Positions 54,847-63,725 of a DNA stretch of 64,000 nucleotides are shown here, in pieces (position 1 is the stretch's first letter; every line of letters begins with the position of its first letter). Origin of the DNA: Patescibacteria group bacterium. GTDB taxonomy: Bacteria > Patescibacteriota > Microgenomatia > UBA10105 > UBA927. The notes below the pieces were generated by a model. That model made no database searches. It was not told where the DNA came from and saw only the letters and a program-made list of their open reading frames with translations. The stretch lies in contig DATKGN010000010.1 of NCBI GenBank assembly GCA_035510735.1, positions 27,814 through 91,813 of the forward strand, in the 5' to 3' direction. The position numbers and the translations under genes are program-made.

Positions 54847-55518
54847 TCACGAAGACGAGACGTCCTTGAGTTGTTCGATGGCCGAGGGAATTCCGTCGGG
54901 ATTGTTGTATATAAACGAGGTAGACACCAATCTTGTGGCTCCTGCATCTACTGCAATTCTCGCTGTTTTATCATTAATCCCGCCGTCTACTTCAATAGGC
55001 AAATCCGGATAATGTTCATGGATCCGGCGTATTTTTTCCGTCGTCTCTTCAAGAAACGGCTGACCGCTGAAACCGGCCTCAATCGTCATCACGAGAACCG
55101 TATCAACCTGGTCCAAAAACGGCTCGGCCACCTCAAGCTCGGTTGCCCCGTCAATGGCTATCCCAACCTCGACGTGCTCATACTGAGCCTGGTCAAAGAA
55201 CACACGCGGATCATGTGCCTCAACGTGCGCAATAATCCGTTTGAATCCGTTATCGACAAGGGTTTTGAGATATTTTTCGGGACTGACGACCATGAGATGC
55301 GCTTCAAAAGACAAATGGGAAAGCTCGCGTTTGAGTACTGGCGTCCCAAACTTGGAAAAATCGAGGATGGTCGTATTTTGGACTAGCGTGTTATCGGCAA
55401 TATCAATTTGCACCCACTCCACATGCGGAGCTACAAGTAACAACCGTTCCTCAACGCGCGCCCACTCTTTTTCTAATATTCCCGGGATTACGTCAATCAT
55501 AGATTCGTCATCAGACAC
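54847..55518 (-). CDS. rpe: ribulose-phosphate 3-epimerase
   Basis: 'WVQIDIADNTLVQNTT', 'HLMVVSP', C-terminal 'VDGGIN'. Confidence 0.8.
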   Translation of the reverse strand: MSDDESMIDVIPGILEKEWARVEERLLLVAPHVEWVQIDIADNTLVQNTTILDFSKFGTPVLKRELSHLSFEAHLMVVSPEKYLKTLVDNGFKRIIAHVEAHDPRVFFDQAQYEHVEVGIAIDGATELEVAEPFLDQVDTVLVMTIEAGFSGQPFLEETTEKIRRIHEHYPDLPIEVDGGINDKTARIAVDAGATRLVSTSFIYNNPDGIPSAIEQLKDVSSS

Positions 55519-55519
55519 T

Positions 55520-55605
55520 CGTCATTCGTCATCCGGAGTCCGATATTCGACATTCGGGATTACATATTGCGGATCACGAATTACGGATGTCGGATTACTT
55601 TTGTA
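55520..55605. repeat. degenerate heptanucleotide tandem repeats
   Basis: 'cattcgt catccgg agtccga tattcga cattcgg gattaca tattgcg gatcacg aattacg gatgtcg gattact'. Confidence 0.6.
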
Positions 55606-56049
55606 TTATGTATCTCTTTCACTAATCTTATTTAAGCGCCGGTTATGCCGTTCGCCTGCTTCAAATTCAACAAGCAAAAAAGCCTTCACGAGCTCTTTTG
55701 CCTCGTCAAAATCGGTAAAATCTGCGGATAATGAAAGCACATTGATATCATTACTCTGACGATTGTGTTTTACATCCGCAACATGGACCGCAGTCGTGCT
55801 CCGTATACCATGAACCTTATTTGCCGCTATCGTGACGCCTCCACCTGATCCGCAAATCACAATACCGCGGCTCCCGGGGTCAGCTGCCACCTTATCTGCA
55901 ACGGCAAATGAAAAATCGGGAAAATCATCATCGGGATCATACTGTGTGTTCCCGCAATCCTGTATATCATTTCCCTGTTCACGAAGCCATAAAATCAATT
56001 TCTCCTTGAGGTGAAACCCGCGATGGTCGGCGCCTGTATAGATGGTCAT
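55606..56049 (-). CDS. rpiB: ribose-5-phosphate isomerase B
   Basis: 'GIVICGSGGGVTIAANK'. Confidence 0.85.
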   Translation of the reverse strand: MTIYTGADHRGFHLKEKLILWLREQGNDIQDCGNTQYDPDDDFPDFSFAVADKVAADPGSRGIVICGSGGGVTIAANKVHGIRSTTAVHVADVKHNRQSNDINVLSLSADFTDFDEAKELVKAFLLVEFEAGERHNRRLNKISERDT

Positions 56050-56069
56050 AAGTTAACAAATCAACAATA

Positions 56070-56112
56070 CAACAAAGTAACAAAGTAACAAAGTAACAAA
56101 GTAACAAAGTAA
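56070..56112. repeat. tandem octamer 'caaagtaa' x5
   Basis: 'caaagtaacaaagtaacaaagtaacaaagtaacaaagtaac'. Confidence 0.75.
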
Positions 56113-56113
56113 C

Positions 56114-56842
56114 TTATTTTAGAGTACCAACTGCCTGATCAGTGTACAAGAGGCAGTGTGGCATTTCATTTATTATCCGGGCCGGAGTTTTATACAGCTC
56201 ACCCGTTGGCGCGAGCGCCGCATCAAGCGCTTTCTTTTTCCCTGATCCAACCGCATACACAATAGATGTCGTCACTTTCCGCAAAAACGGCAGGCTGACT
56301 GTAACCCGAAGCGGAAAGGGGTTGCGCCAACTGGCATCGTAGCCCACGACCCAGGTATCGCTATCCTCAAAGTAAAACTCAAATGTCCGCTTATCATCGG
56401 CGTACGGCATGATACCCGCGGTGTGTCCGTCCGGCCCCACTCCCTGAAGAGCGATAATAATGCCATCCGTATGAGCCATACTCCATGCTTTGAGAAAATC
56501 TTCAAACCGTTTAGCTAATTCTCCAATCGCTTCGTTGTCTTTAGGAACGCTTTCAAACGTTGTCACCCCACGCTTCACCGCTTCTTTATAAAAGTCGGTC
56601 TGGGAAAGCCGCAGGAAATTGTTGACGCCGGGATCTTTGGAAAACCGTTCGTCAAGAACCGCAACCGCCACATGCGCATCAAAAAGATCCATGGGAATGG
56701 AATGGAGAAGATTCAGTGATGAACCGCCGGAAACCAACAGAAGAACTGGTGTATTTTTATTCTCCCCAAGAACCTGGGTAAGCGCTTCCGATGCTTCCCG
56801 TGTCACTGTTGCTGTGTCTGAATATGAATGTATGTCGACCAT
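56114..56842 (-). CDS. pgl: 6-phosphogluconolactonase
   Basis: 'VLLLVSGGSSL'. NagB/Pgl fold; located between gnd and rpiB. Confidence 0.7.
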   Translation of the reverse strand: MVDIHSYSDTATVTREASEALTQVLGENKNTPVLLLVSGGSSLNLLHSIPMDLFDAHVAVAVLDERFSKDPGVNNFLRLSQTDFYKEAVKRGVTTFESVPKDNEAIGELAKRFEDFLKAWSMAHTDGIIIALQGVGPDGHTAGIMPYADDKRTFEFYFEDSDTWVVGYDASWRNPFPLRVTVSLPFLRKVTTSIVYAVGSGKKKALDAALAPTGELYKTPARIINEMPHCLLYTDQAVGTLK

Positions 56843-56936
56843 AATTATTTCGTTAACCGTTAACCGAAAATCGTTAAACGCTTTCTATCTATTTTAAGGG
56901 TTGACGGTTCACGATTCACGCTTAACGTTTTTTCGT

Positions 56937-57932
56937 TTACCGCGGCTCCTTATGTCCGCCGTACCCGGCCCGCAGAGCCGAGACTACTTTCCCTGCAAAC
57001 GTCGGATTGGTCACTGATTTTTCCCTGGCCCGTATTGAATCCTCAATAACTTTTGCTTCAACACCAAGTTCATATGCCTCCTCAAGGGTCCATTTACCGG
57101 TCTCTCCTCCGCCGACTTTTCCCGAATACGCTGTAAGTTTCGGATCACTGTCGAAAGCATTCGCCAATAGTTCAACGAGCCAACTCCGGACGACACTTCC
57201 ATGGCTCCACGTATGGGCAACCTTGGCAAAGTCAAGATCGTATGGCCCGTCTGCAAGAATCTCAAATCCTTCGCCGATTGCTTCATTCATCCCGTATTCA
57301 ACTCCGTTGTGAACCATTTTAACGTAATGTCCGGCGCCTGACGGACCGAAGTGCGCCCATCCATCTTTCACCGCAGCTGCATTCCAGAGCCAATCGAGCT
57401 TTTGAACTTCAGAAGTCTCCCCACCGATCATGAGACATGCGCCGTGCCGGGCTCCGGAGAGTCCTCCGCTCGTGCCGCAGTCGATGTAATGAATCCCTTT
57501 CGCCGCAAGCTCCTTACTACGTCGAACCGTATCTTTGTAGTAACAATTGCCTCCATCTATAACAATATCCCCTTTTTGTATACCAGAGGACATCAATTGT
57601 TCCAATACTTCATCGACGGGTTTACCATTAGGAACCATGAGCCAGATAACTCGAGGTGGAATTAATTGTTTTATGAGATCCAGAAGATCATAGGCGGGGT
57701 TGAGAGTACCAAGCTTTATCTTCTCGTGATCCGTGATCCGTGATCCGTGATCCGTATTAGCTTTTCCAATAACCGATGTCGGATTCCGAATGTCGGATAT
57801 CGACTTTGCGAACTCTTCCGTCACTTCACGTGTCCTGTTAAAGGCGACCACGTCAATATCCTGCTCCAACAGATGAAGCACCATATTCTTTCCCATGCGA
57901 CCAAGCCCAATAAAACCGAGTTGATGGCCCAT
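56937..57932 (-). CDS. gnd: 6-phosphogluconate dehydrogenase (decarboxylating, short Gnd-like form) with in-frame repeat insertion
   Basis: 'LGFIGLGRMGKNMVLHL'. Residues ~50-73 ('SISDIRNPTSVIGKANTDHGSRITDHEKIK') are encoded by the 'gtgatcc' x4 and 'gatgtcggat' repeats. Confidence 0.8.
   Translation of the reverse strand: MGHQLGFIGLGRMGKNMVLHLLEQDIDVVAFNRTREVTEEFAKSISDIRNPTSVIGKANTDHGSRITDHEKIKLGTLNPAYDLLDLIKQLIPPRVIWLMVPNGKPVDEVLEQLMSSGIQKGDIVIDGGNCYYKDTVRRSKELAAKGIHYIDCGTSGGLSGARHGACLMIGGETSEVQKLDWLWNAAAVKDGWAHFGPSGAGHYVKMVHNGVEYGMNEAIGEGFEILADGPYDLDFAKVAHTWSHGSVVRSWLVELLANAFDSDPKLTAYSGKVGGGETGKWTLEEAYELGVEAKVIEDSIRAREKSVTNPTFAGKVVSALRAGYGGHKEPR
57713..57810. repeat. heptanucleotide tandem repeats located inside the gnd coding sequence
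   Basis: 'cgtgatccgtgatccgtgatccgtgatccgt' and 'gatgtcggattccgaatgtcggatatcgac'. Confidence 0.7.
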
Positions 57933-58496
57933 ATACCCATGGTAAATATAATTGATAAAACAATCAATAGAGAGGAATATCCCCGATCCCCACCCGCTCT
58001 ATGCCTCTCTGGCGGGCCCGCTTTCGTGCAAATCATAGCGGGTCCTGCTGGCTTCACTACTAATCGCTCGGGAACGGATTTTTAAAGACACGTTCGGTAG
58101 AGTCTTTGCGTATGAGTAATAGGTTGTTCCCACCTCACTAAGTGCGCGTTTGCACCATAGTAAGACACCTTTATTCCTGTGCAAACGCGCGAGTTGTCTT
58201 TAGAAAATCGTTCCCTTCGCGCTTTCTCTCGTTTACGGGTGGCGTGGGATAAGGGACCCCGGCAGCACGGAGCGCGACCACGAATACCACAAGAAATAAG
58301 AAAGAATACGTCCGTGGTATGAATGTGGGCAGAAGACGTGATATATCAATACCACGGTTGGTGGTGCCGGGAGTACTGACGGGAATATATCCCACGACAG
58401 GACCCGTAAGTTACGGGAGATTCTCCGCTATAGCCACAAAAAAGCCCCGCATCGCTGCAGAGCTTTTTTGTTTTTTTTGTACTTTTTTTACCGAGT

Positions 58497-58883
58497 TTAA
58501 TACCGGTTTCCGCCACCACGTCGATCGTGTCCGCCGCCGTGACCGCCACCGAATCCGCCGCCACCGCGTCGATCTCCACCACCACCGCCGCCGCGATATC
58601 CGCCGCCGCCACCACCGAACGAGTTATCTCGCGGTGCCTGGGGTTTGGCCTCATTGACGACGATTGCACGTCCGTCAAGCGTCTGGCCGTTTAATGTTTC
58701 GATTGCCTTTTTCGCTTCCTCTTCAGAGGACATTTCGACAAATCCGAATCCTCTGGATTTTCCAGAGTATTTGTCCATGATGACGGTTGCACTGACAACC
58801 GTACCTGCCTGACCAAAAAAATCATGGAGCGACGCATCGGTCGTGTCCCATGAAAGACTTCCTACAAACAATTTCGCTGCCAT
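58497..58883 (-). CDS. RRM-type glycine-rich RNA-binding protein
   Basis: RNP1/RNP2 'KLFVGSLSW' and 'RGFGFVEM', plus an RGG/Gly-rich tail. Confidence 0.8.
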   Translation of the reverse strand: MAAKLFVGSLSWDTTDASLHDFFGQAGTVVSATVIMDKYSGKSRGFGFVEMSSEEEAKKAIETLNGQTLDGRAIVVNEAKPQAPRDNSFGGGGGGYRGGGGGGDRRGGGGFGGGHGGGHDRRGGGNRY

Positions 58884-59065
58884 ACTGGCCCTCCTAATAA
58901 ACCTTCCTTCGCGTCAATAGACGTGAGAAAAACTAATACGGCCCTAATAATACCGTATTGGTGAAATAATAGCTAGTACGAAAATGAGGTTGTGGTTGAC
59001 ATGAGGGCGTGATTGCGCTATAACGCTCGTACTGTCCGCTAGTGACAGTATTTTTTTAAAAAACT

Positions 59066-59572
59066 ATGAAAGAAGATATTAAAAGCGCAATCGTCACATT
59101 AACTCAACACACAAATAATTCTGGAGTTTCCGAGGAGCAATGGAAAGAAAACAAAGAAATGGAACATGCGATCGAACAGGCCTGGATGCACGCAGATGAC
59201 ATTACGGTAAAGTACGGTCTTCCAAAAACTAACTCGCTGAAAGAAAAATCACATGCTGATACGAAACAAATACCATTATTTTCAACTGAAGATGAACAAA
59301 TTCCTCAAGAACTTTGGTTCAATTTAACCGGAATCAATCCTCCTGAATCGGGAAAATCCAATTCATTTTCACAGATAACGTGCTGGGTTCGGAACGAAAA
59401 TAACGCAGTAGATCCTTTATTTGTACTATCCCATGACTCTGCGACTTTGATGCATAACCAGAAACTAGTCAAATTAGAATTATCGCATATAGAAGCTATA
59501 GAAACGATCCTTTCATTTATAGAACAGGGTTGTGCAGAAATGGCAAACGCACCGGCTCCTACCGAAGCCTGA
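59066..59572 (+). CDS. hypothetical protein
   Basis: 168 aa, no motif. Confidence 0.4.
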   Translation: MKEDIKSAIVTLTQHTNNSGVSEEQWKENKEMEHAIEQAWMHADDITVKYGLPKTNSLKEKSHADTKQIPLFSTEDEQIPQELWFNLTGINPPESGKSNSFSQITCWVRNENNAVDPLFVLSHDSATLMHNQKLVKLELSHIEAIETILSFIEQGCAEMANAPAPTEA

Positions 59573-59608
59573 ATATCGGGCTCGCCTTCATAAACTGCAG
59601 AATTTCTT

Positions 59609-59923
59609 TTACCGGGGTAATTTATTCGACAAGGCTTCATAGGCCCCGTCGAGCTTGGCAAAAACGTCATCGGGAAGCGCATCCTGCGCCCAGGCCACGG
59701 AGAGCATGCTTCTGACGCCTGCAACAAGCCCCATGGCATCGCGGAGGATGTCATCGTGTAATCGTCGGTCGCGCCTCGAAACGCCGTCTGCGATCGTTGT
59801 AAGGGTTTTGAGACCTAATCGTTGGGCACGTTTGACTACCATATTACTGTCATCAAGCTCCAAGAGATCAAGAACCGCCGTGTAGGCTTCCTGCCAAAGT
59901 TTATCGTCGTGGAATGTAGACAT
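59609..59923 (-). CDS. hypothetical protein, possibly a divergent four-helix-bundle paralog
   Basis: 'KLWQEAY...RLGLKTLTTIADGVSRRDRRL' weakly follows the family pattern. Confidence 0.3.
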   Translation of the reverse strand: MSTFHDDKLWQEAYTAVLDLLELDDSNMVVKRAQRLGLKTLTTIADGVSRRDRRLHDDILRDAMGLVAGVRSMLSVAWAQDALPDDVFAKLDGAYEALSNKLPR

Positions 59924-59924
59924 A

Positions 59925-59962
59925 TGTTTCGTAATCCGTCATCCGTAATCCGTCATCCGAGT
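59925..59962. repeat. tandem 'cgtaatccgtcatc' repeats
   Basis: 'cgtaatccgtcatccgtaatccgtcatccgagtac'. Confidence 0.6.
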
Positions 59963-59964
59963 AC

Positions 59965-60330
59965 TTATCCGGTCGCGTGCACTCGAATCAGACCATTGAT
60001 GACTTGACCTCCTCGAATTATCAATGAATATAATGCATCAAACTCTTTTTCCTTTATCAAGCCCAGATCTTTTGCGAGTATGAGAAAATTTGCCACCTCA
60101 CTGTTCGACCCGCGTGCTTGATAGTAAAAGCGTAGCTTATCTGGATAATGGTATCGACCAAATCCTTCGGCAATATTCGCAGTTACAGAACTTGCTGCTC
60201 GCCTTAACTGATCAATGATACCAAACTTTTCCTCTTTCGGAAAGCCAACCGTCAATTTATAGATAGCGAGTACAATTTGATGGTTAATTTTCCACGCTTC
60301 CAAATCAGTAAATGAAGCAATTTTGCTCAT
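59965..60330 (-). CDS. four-helix-bundle protein (23S rRNA IVS protein family)
   Basis: 'IDQLRRAASSVTANIAEGFGRYHYPDKLRFYYQARGSNSEVANFL'. Start likely 'MSKIASFTDLEAWK' at 60330. Confidence 0.75.
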   Translation of the reverse strand: MSKIASFTDLEAWKINHQIVLAIYKLTVGFPKEEKFGIIDQLRRAASSVTANIAEGFGRYHYPDKLRFYYQARGSNSEVANFLILAKDLGLIKEKEFDALYSLIIRGGQVINGLIRVHATG

Positions 60331-60351
60331 ATTTATACTCGTCACTCGGAA

Positions 60352-60432
60352 CTCGTCATCCATCATCCGTATTGCGCTTCCCAGCTGTCAAATGTTGGAT
60401 GTCGGATGTCGAGTGTCGAATGTCGCCGCTAC
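60352..60432. repeat. degenerate heptanucleotide tandem repeats
   Basis: 'ttggatgtc ggatgtc gagtgtc gaatgtc gcc'. Confidence 0.6.
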
Positions 60433-61919
60433 GCGTCGTCCTCCAAATACCAATGCCTGCCGTCTTTTTTCATAAGTTCGTTCGATTCAGACGGGCCCCA
60501 TGTCCCCTTGGTATAGGTGATGAGCGGCGCTTTCTTGGCGTGCGTTTTCCAGCCCTCAAGAATTTTTGTTGCAAACGACCACGACGCATCAATCTCGTCG
60601 GTTCGGGAGAATAGCGTCTGATCACCGCCAATGGCATCAAGAAGAAGCCGCTCATACGCCATCGGCTGTGGTTCTTTTGTAAATGAATCTTTGTAGGCGA
60701 AGTTCATCTGAACGGGCGTTAATTTCATGCCAAATCCCGGTTTTTTGGCCATAAGCCGGAGGATAATCCCCTCTTTCGGATCAATCCGGATAGCAAGGAC
60801 GTTCCGCATCACATCGGGTTCAGGAAATAGGCACACGTCGCCAATGCACACTGCCGGTTTTTTGTAATGGATGGAAATCTCCGTCGTTTTTTTAGATAAG
60901 TGTTTGCCGGCACGAAGGTAAAATGGCACGTCGCGCCACCTCGGGGTATCAAGTGTGAGACGAAGTGCGACGAATGTTTCGGTCGTCGAGTGGGAGTCTA
61001 CATTTTTTTCCTTCGTATAGCCCTCATATTGTCCGCGGACAACATAGCGGCCGACATCTTTTGGCTCAATACAGTTAATCGCCCGCGTCACTTTCACGCG
61101 CTGGTCCCTAATGGACTCGGCATCAAACGCGCGCGGCTGGTCCATGGCGGTCGTCGCAAGCATCTCGAGCATATGGTTCTGTACAACATCCCGTAGGGTG
61201 CCGACGCCATCATAGAACTCACCACGGGTGCCGACGCCGATATCTTCAGCGAGCGTTATCTGCACGTGGTCGATAAACTTGCGGTTCCATGTCGGCTCAA
61301 AAATACCGTTGGCGAACCGGAAACTAAGCAAATTCTGCACGGTTTCTTTCCCCAGATAATGGTCAATCCGGTAAATTTGCCGCTCTTCAAAAATAGTCCC
61401 CAGCAACTGGTCGAGGTGCTGTGCTGTTGTAAGATCTTTCCCGAACGGCTTTTCAATAAGCACGCGGGTATACAAACTAGTTCCCTGTCCGCAGCCCTCT
61501 GAGAGTTTGCTTTTGTGGAGATGGTTTAATATGGTTTCATAATGCTGCGGCGGTGTGGCTAAGTAAAAAAACCGGGGAACACAAGCTTGTATCTCTGTAT
61601 CAAACCCTTCAAGAAGCTTTGTAAGATCACTGTAAAGTGCTGCGTCTTCAAATTTCCCCTTACTGTAGTGCATGTGCTCGATAATATGGCTCCAGAGAGT
61701 GAGGTCAAACTCGCTCCCAAGTGATTCACGGACGGCGGCCGCCATCATCTCGCGGAATTGATCGGTCGTGATCTCCCGCCGGCCAACGCCCACAATATAA
61801 ATATCCCGCGAAACTGCGCCGTCCCTTATAAGATGGTAGAGCGCCGGCATAAGTTTCCGGTGCATGAGATCGCCGGTCGCACCGAAGATAACCATAACAA
61901 GGAGGGATGAGGAAGTCAT
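60429..61919 (-). CDS. zwf: glucose-6-phosphate 1-dehydrogenase
   Basis: 'IFGATGDLMHRKLMPALYHL', 'RIDHYLGKE', 496 aa. Confidence 0.9.
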   Translation of the reverse strand: MTSSSLLVMVIFGATGDLMHRKLMPALYHLIRDGAVSRDIYIVGVGRREITTDQFREMMAAAVRESLGSEFDLTLWSHIIEHMHYSKGKFEDAALYSDLTKLLEGFDTEIQACVPRFFYLATPPQHYETILNHLHKSKLSEGCGQGTSLYTRVLIEKPFGKDLTTAQHLDQLLGTIFEERQIYRIDHYLGKETVQNLLSFRFANGIFEPTWNRKFIDHVQITLAEDIGVGTRGEFYDGVGTLRDVVQNHMLEMLATTAMDQPRAFDAESIRDQRVKVTRAINCIEPKDVGRYVVRGQYEGYTKEKNVDSHSTTETFVALRLTLDTPRWRDVPFYLRAGKHLSKKTTEISIHYKKPAVCIGDVCLFPEPDVMRNVLAIRIDPKEGIILRLMAKKPGFGMKLTPVQMNFAYKDSFTKEPQPMAYERLLLDAIGGDQTLFSRTDEIDASWSFATKILEGWKTHAKKAPLITYTKGTWGPSESNELMKKDGRHWYLEDDA

Positions 61920-61944
61920 AAAATATAATCTACCACGTCTCCCC

Positions 61945-62037
61945 TGTCATTGCGAGTCGAGTCCGCGAGACGTGGCAATCTTATTATTGGGATTGCTTCG
62001 TATTCGCAACGTCGCTCGGGATCCTCGCAATGACAAT
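61945..62037. repeat. TGTCAT-element (complete; 'ctgtcattgcgagtcgagtccgcgagacgtggcaatc...gattgcttcg...ctcgcaatgacaa')
   Basis: Near-identical arms to the copy at 39934-40013. Confidence 0.7.
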
Positions 62038-62044
62038 GTTGAAT

Positions 62045-62803
62045 TTATTTCTTATCCGCCCCGAGAATAACGAGGAAATCAGATGAGGGCGTCGCTTCTC
62101 CTGCCGGAAGCGGACTAACGGTAAGACCCAAGTCTTTTGCAAGCTGTTCCGCCTGCGCCTTATTTGTCCCGGTTACGTCGATAAGGAGCGACGTCGCGTA
62201 ATCCCTACTCTTTGCGTTATCGGTGTCTGTGACAACAGAGTTTGGCACCTTCGACTTGAGTTCCGTCTCATATTTCCGGGTCAACCCGATTGTGCTTGTG
62301 CCGTTTAAAATAACGAATTTAACCTGCACGGGTGTAGGCGTTGCTGCCGTTTGAGTAGCAGACGCCGTCGCCGAGTTTGTCGTTGCGGGCCCGATATTCA
62401 CCGGTGCAACGGCAATTATTTTACCGAGTGAAGGCCGATATAAAATAGCTTCTTTGGCATTCGTGTAGATGAGGACTTTATCACCGTTTTGGGCGTGAGA
62501 AAAAAATGCCTGACCTTTTAATTTATCTTTGTCCTGTACCGTTGCAATCGTCGGCGTCTCGTCGGTCGGTAAAGTCATGAGCTTTCCGACGTCGGCGACC
62601 AGACTTTTCACTTCCTGCTGTGCAAAAATTGACGGATTGGTTAATCGAAGTTGTGCCTGTTGGTATTGGTGATAAAAATAGATGGAAGGGACCAGTGCGA
62701 TAATAACAATAATTGTTCCGATAATATATTCCTTCTTTATTTTTGTTATATCGGGGAATGAAAATTTTCCGTAATCTGGAGTTTCCAAAGACATATGACC
62801 CAT
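62045..62803 (-). CDS. LytR_C-domain (LytR/CpsA/Psr C-terminal) membrane-anchored protein
   Basis: TM anchor, PT linker, 'VKFVILNGTSTIGLTRKYETELKSK...TSLLIDVTG'. Confidence 0.55.
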   Translation of the reverse strand: MGHMSLETPDYGKFSFPDITKIKKEYIIGTIIVIIALVPSIYFYHQYQQAQLRLTNPSIFAQQEVKSLVADVGKLMTLPTDETPTIATVQDKDKLKGQAFFSHAQNGDKVLIYTNAKEAILYRPSLGKIIAVAPVNIGPATTNSATASATQTAATPTPVQVKFVILNGTSTIGLTRKYETELKSKVPNSVVTDTDNAKSRDYATSLLIDVTGTNKAQAEQLAKDLGLTVSPLPAGEATPSSDFLVILGADKK

Positions 62804-62846
62804 TATAACGACTTTTTACGCTAAGGCAAGTGCTGCCTCCTGAGGA

Positions 62847-63029
62847 TTAAAATAACGTGTAGATGAACGGTGAAACCGGTGACGTTTGGGCGAGAACGAT
62901 AAGAATGCCGAACAGAACCACGACAACAACAAACGGGATAATCCACCATAGTCTGTTTTCCCATAAAAAGGCAAATAGCTCTTTAAGGGTCGCACTCCTA
63001 CTTGCAACCGATCGCAGTACTTTTTTCAT
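62847..63029 (-). CDS. small membrane protein (DUF5989-like)
   Basis: 'LKELFAFLWENRLWWIIPFVVVVVLFGILIVLAQTSPVSPFIYTLF' matches the conserved small-protein pattern. Confidence 0.45.
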   Translation of the reverse strand: MKKVLRSVASRSATLKELFAFLWENRLWWIIPFVVVVVLFGILIVLAQTSPVSPFIYTLF

Positions 63030-63041
63030 ATAATAAGTAGT

Positions 63042-63629
63042 TTACTTTACACCGACAATAAGCTCTGCCGCAGCAGTTGATCCGGTAAGGTCACCTGAAT
63101 TAGTAGCAACGCTAAATAACGCTGCAGCATCCCCAAGGATTTGCGCTTGGACTTGGGAAGAGAGCGATGAACTAAAATAGAGCTTCGTCGTTGCACTTTG
63201 TTTTGCATTGCCGACCGATACAACCACATATCCTTTCGAGGCAAGTTGTTGGGCTGCTTTTCCTGCCGCCCCCGTTACACCCGATGCGTTCAATACCGCA
63301 AATGTTACCGGAGCGAATGCTGGAGTTGGGGTGGGCGTCATAGCAGCCGAAACGACCTCTTTTTTGGCAGGCATTGTTTGGGAGCTTCTCAGATATACCA
63401 AACTGACACTCATTACGATGACTATGATTATTGCCGTAATAACAAGGCCAATACTGAACAATACGGTATTTTTTTGTTCAAGCGGAGCGACTTCGTCATT
63501 TTCTTCAAGAATCGACTCAAGATTAGGAGCTACCGGCGGGTCAGTATCATCGGGCTTAGACACCAAAGGGACAACAACTGTCGTATCATTTTGGGATAAT
63601 TCTGTAGTCTTTTTCTTTTGGGCAGGCAT
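63042..63629 (-). CDS. LytR_C-domain membrane-anchored protein
   Basis: TM anchor, 'VTFAVLNASGVTGAAGKAAQQLASKGYVVVSVGNAKQSATTKLYF'. Confidence 0.55.
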   Translation of the reverse strand: MPAQKKKTTELSQNDTTVVVPLVSKPDDTDPPVAPNLESILEENDEVAPLEQKNTVLFSIGLVITAIIIVIVMSVSLVYLRSSQTMPAKKEVVSAAMTPTPTPAFAPVTFAVLNASGVTGAAGKAAQQLASKGYVVVSVGNAKQSATTKLYFSSSLSSQVQAQILGDAAALFSVATNSGDLTGSTAAAELIVGVK

Positions 63630-63725
63630 GGGTTAGTTCATGGTGTATGGTTCATGGTGTATGGTTCATGGTCAATGGTGATTACAATGAACTATGAACA
63701 ATGAACTATGAACGAATAACCGTTC

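Noticed and set aside
59609-59923. Calling the 59609-59923 ORF a confident four-helix-bundle paralog
   Set aside because: Only a weak resemblance to the family pattern. The NIAEG core is replaced by 'TIADGVSR'. It is kept as hypothetical with low confidence.
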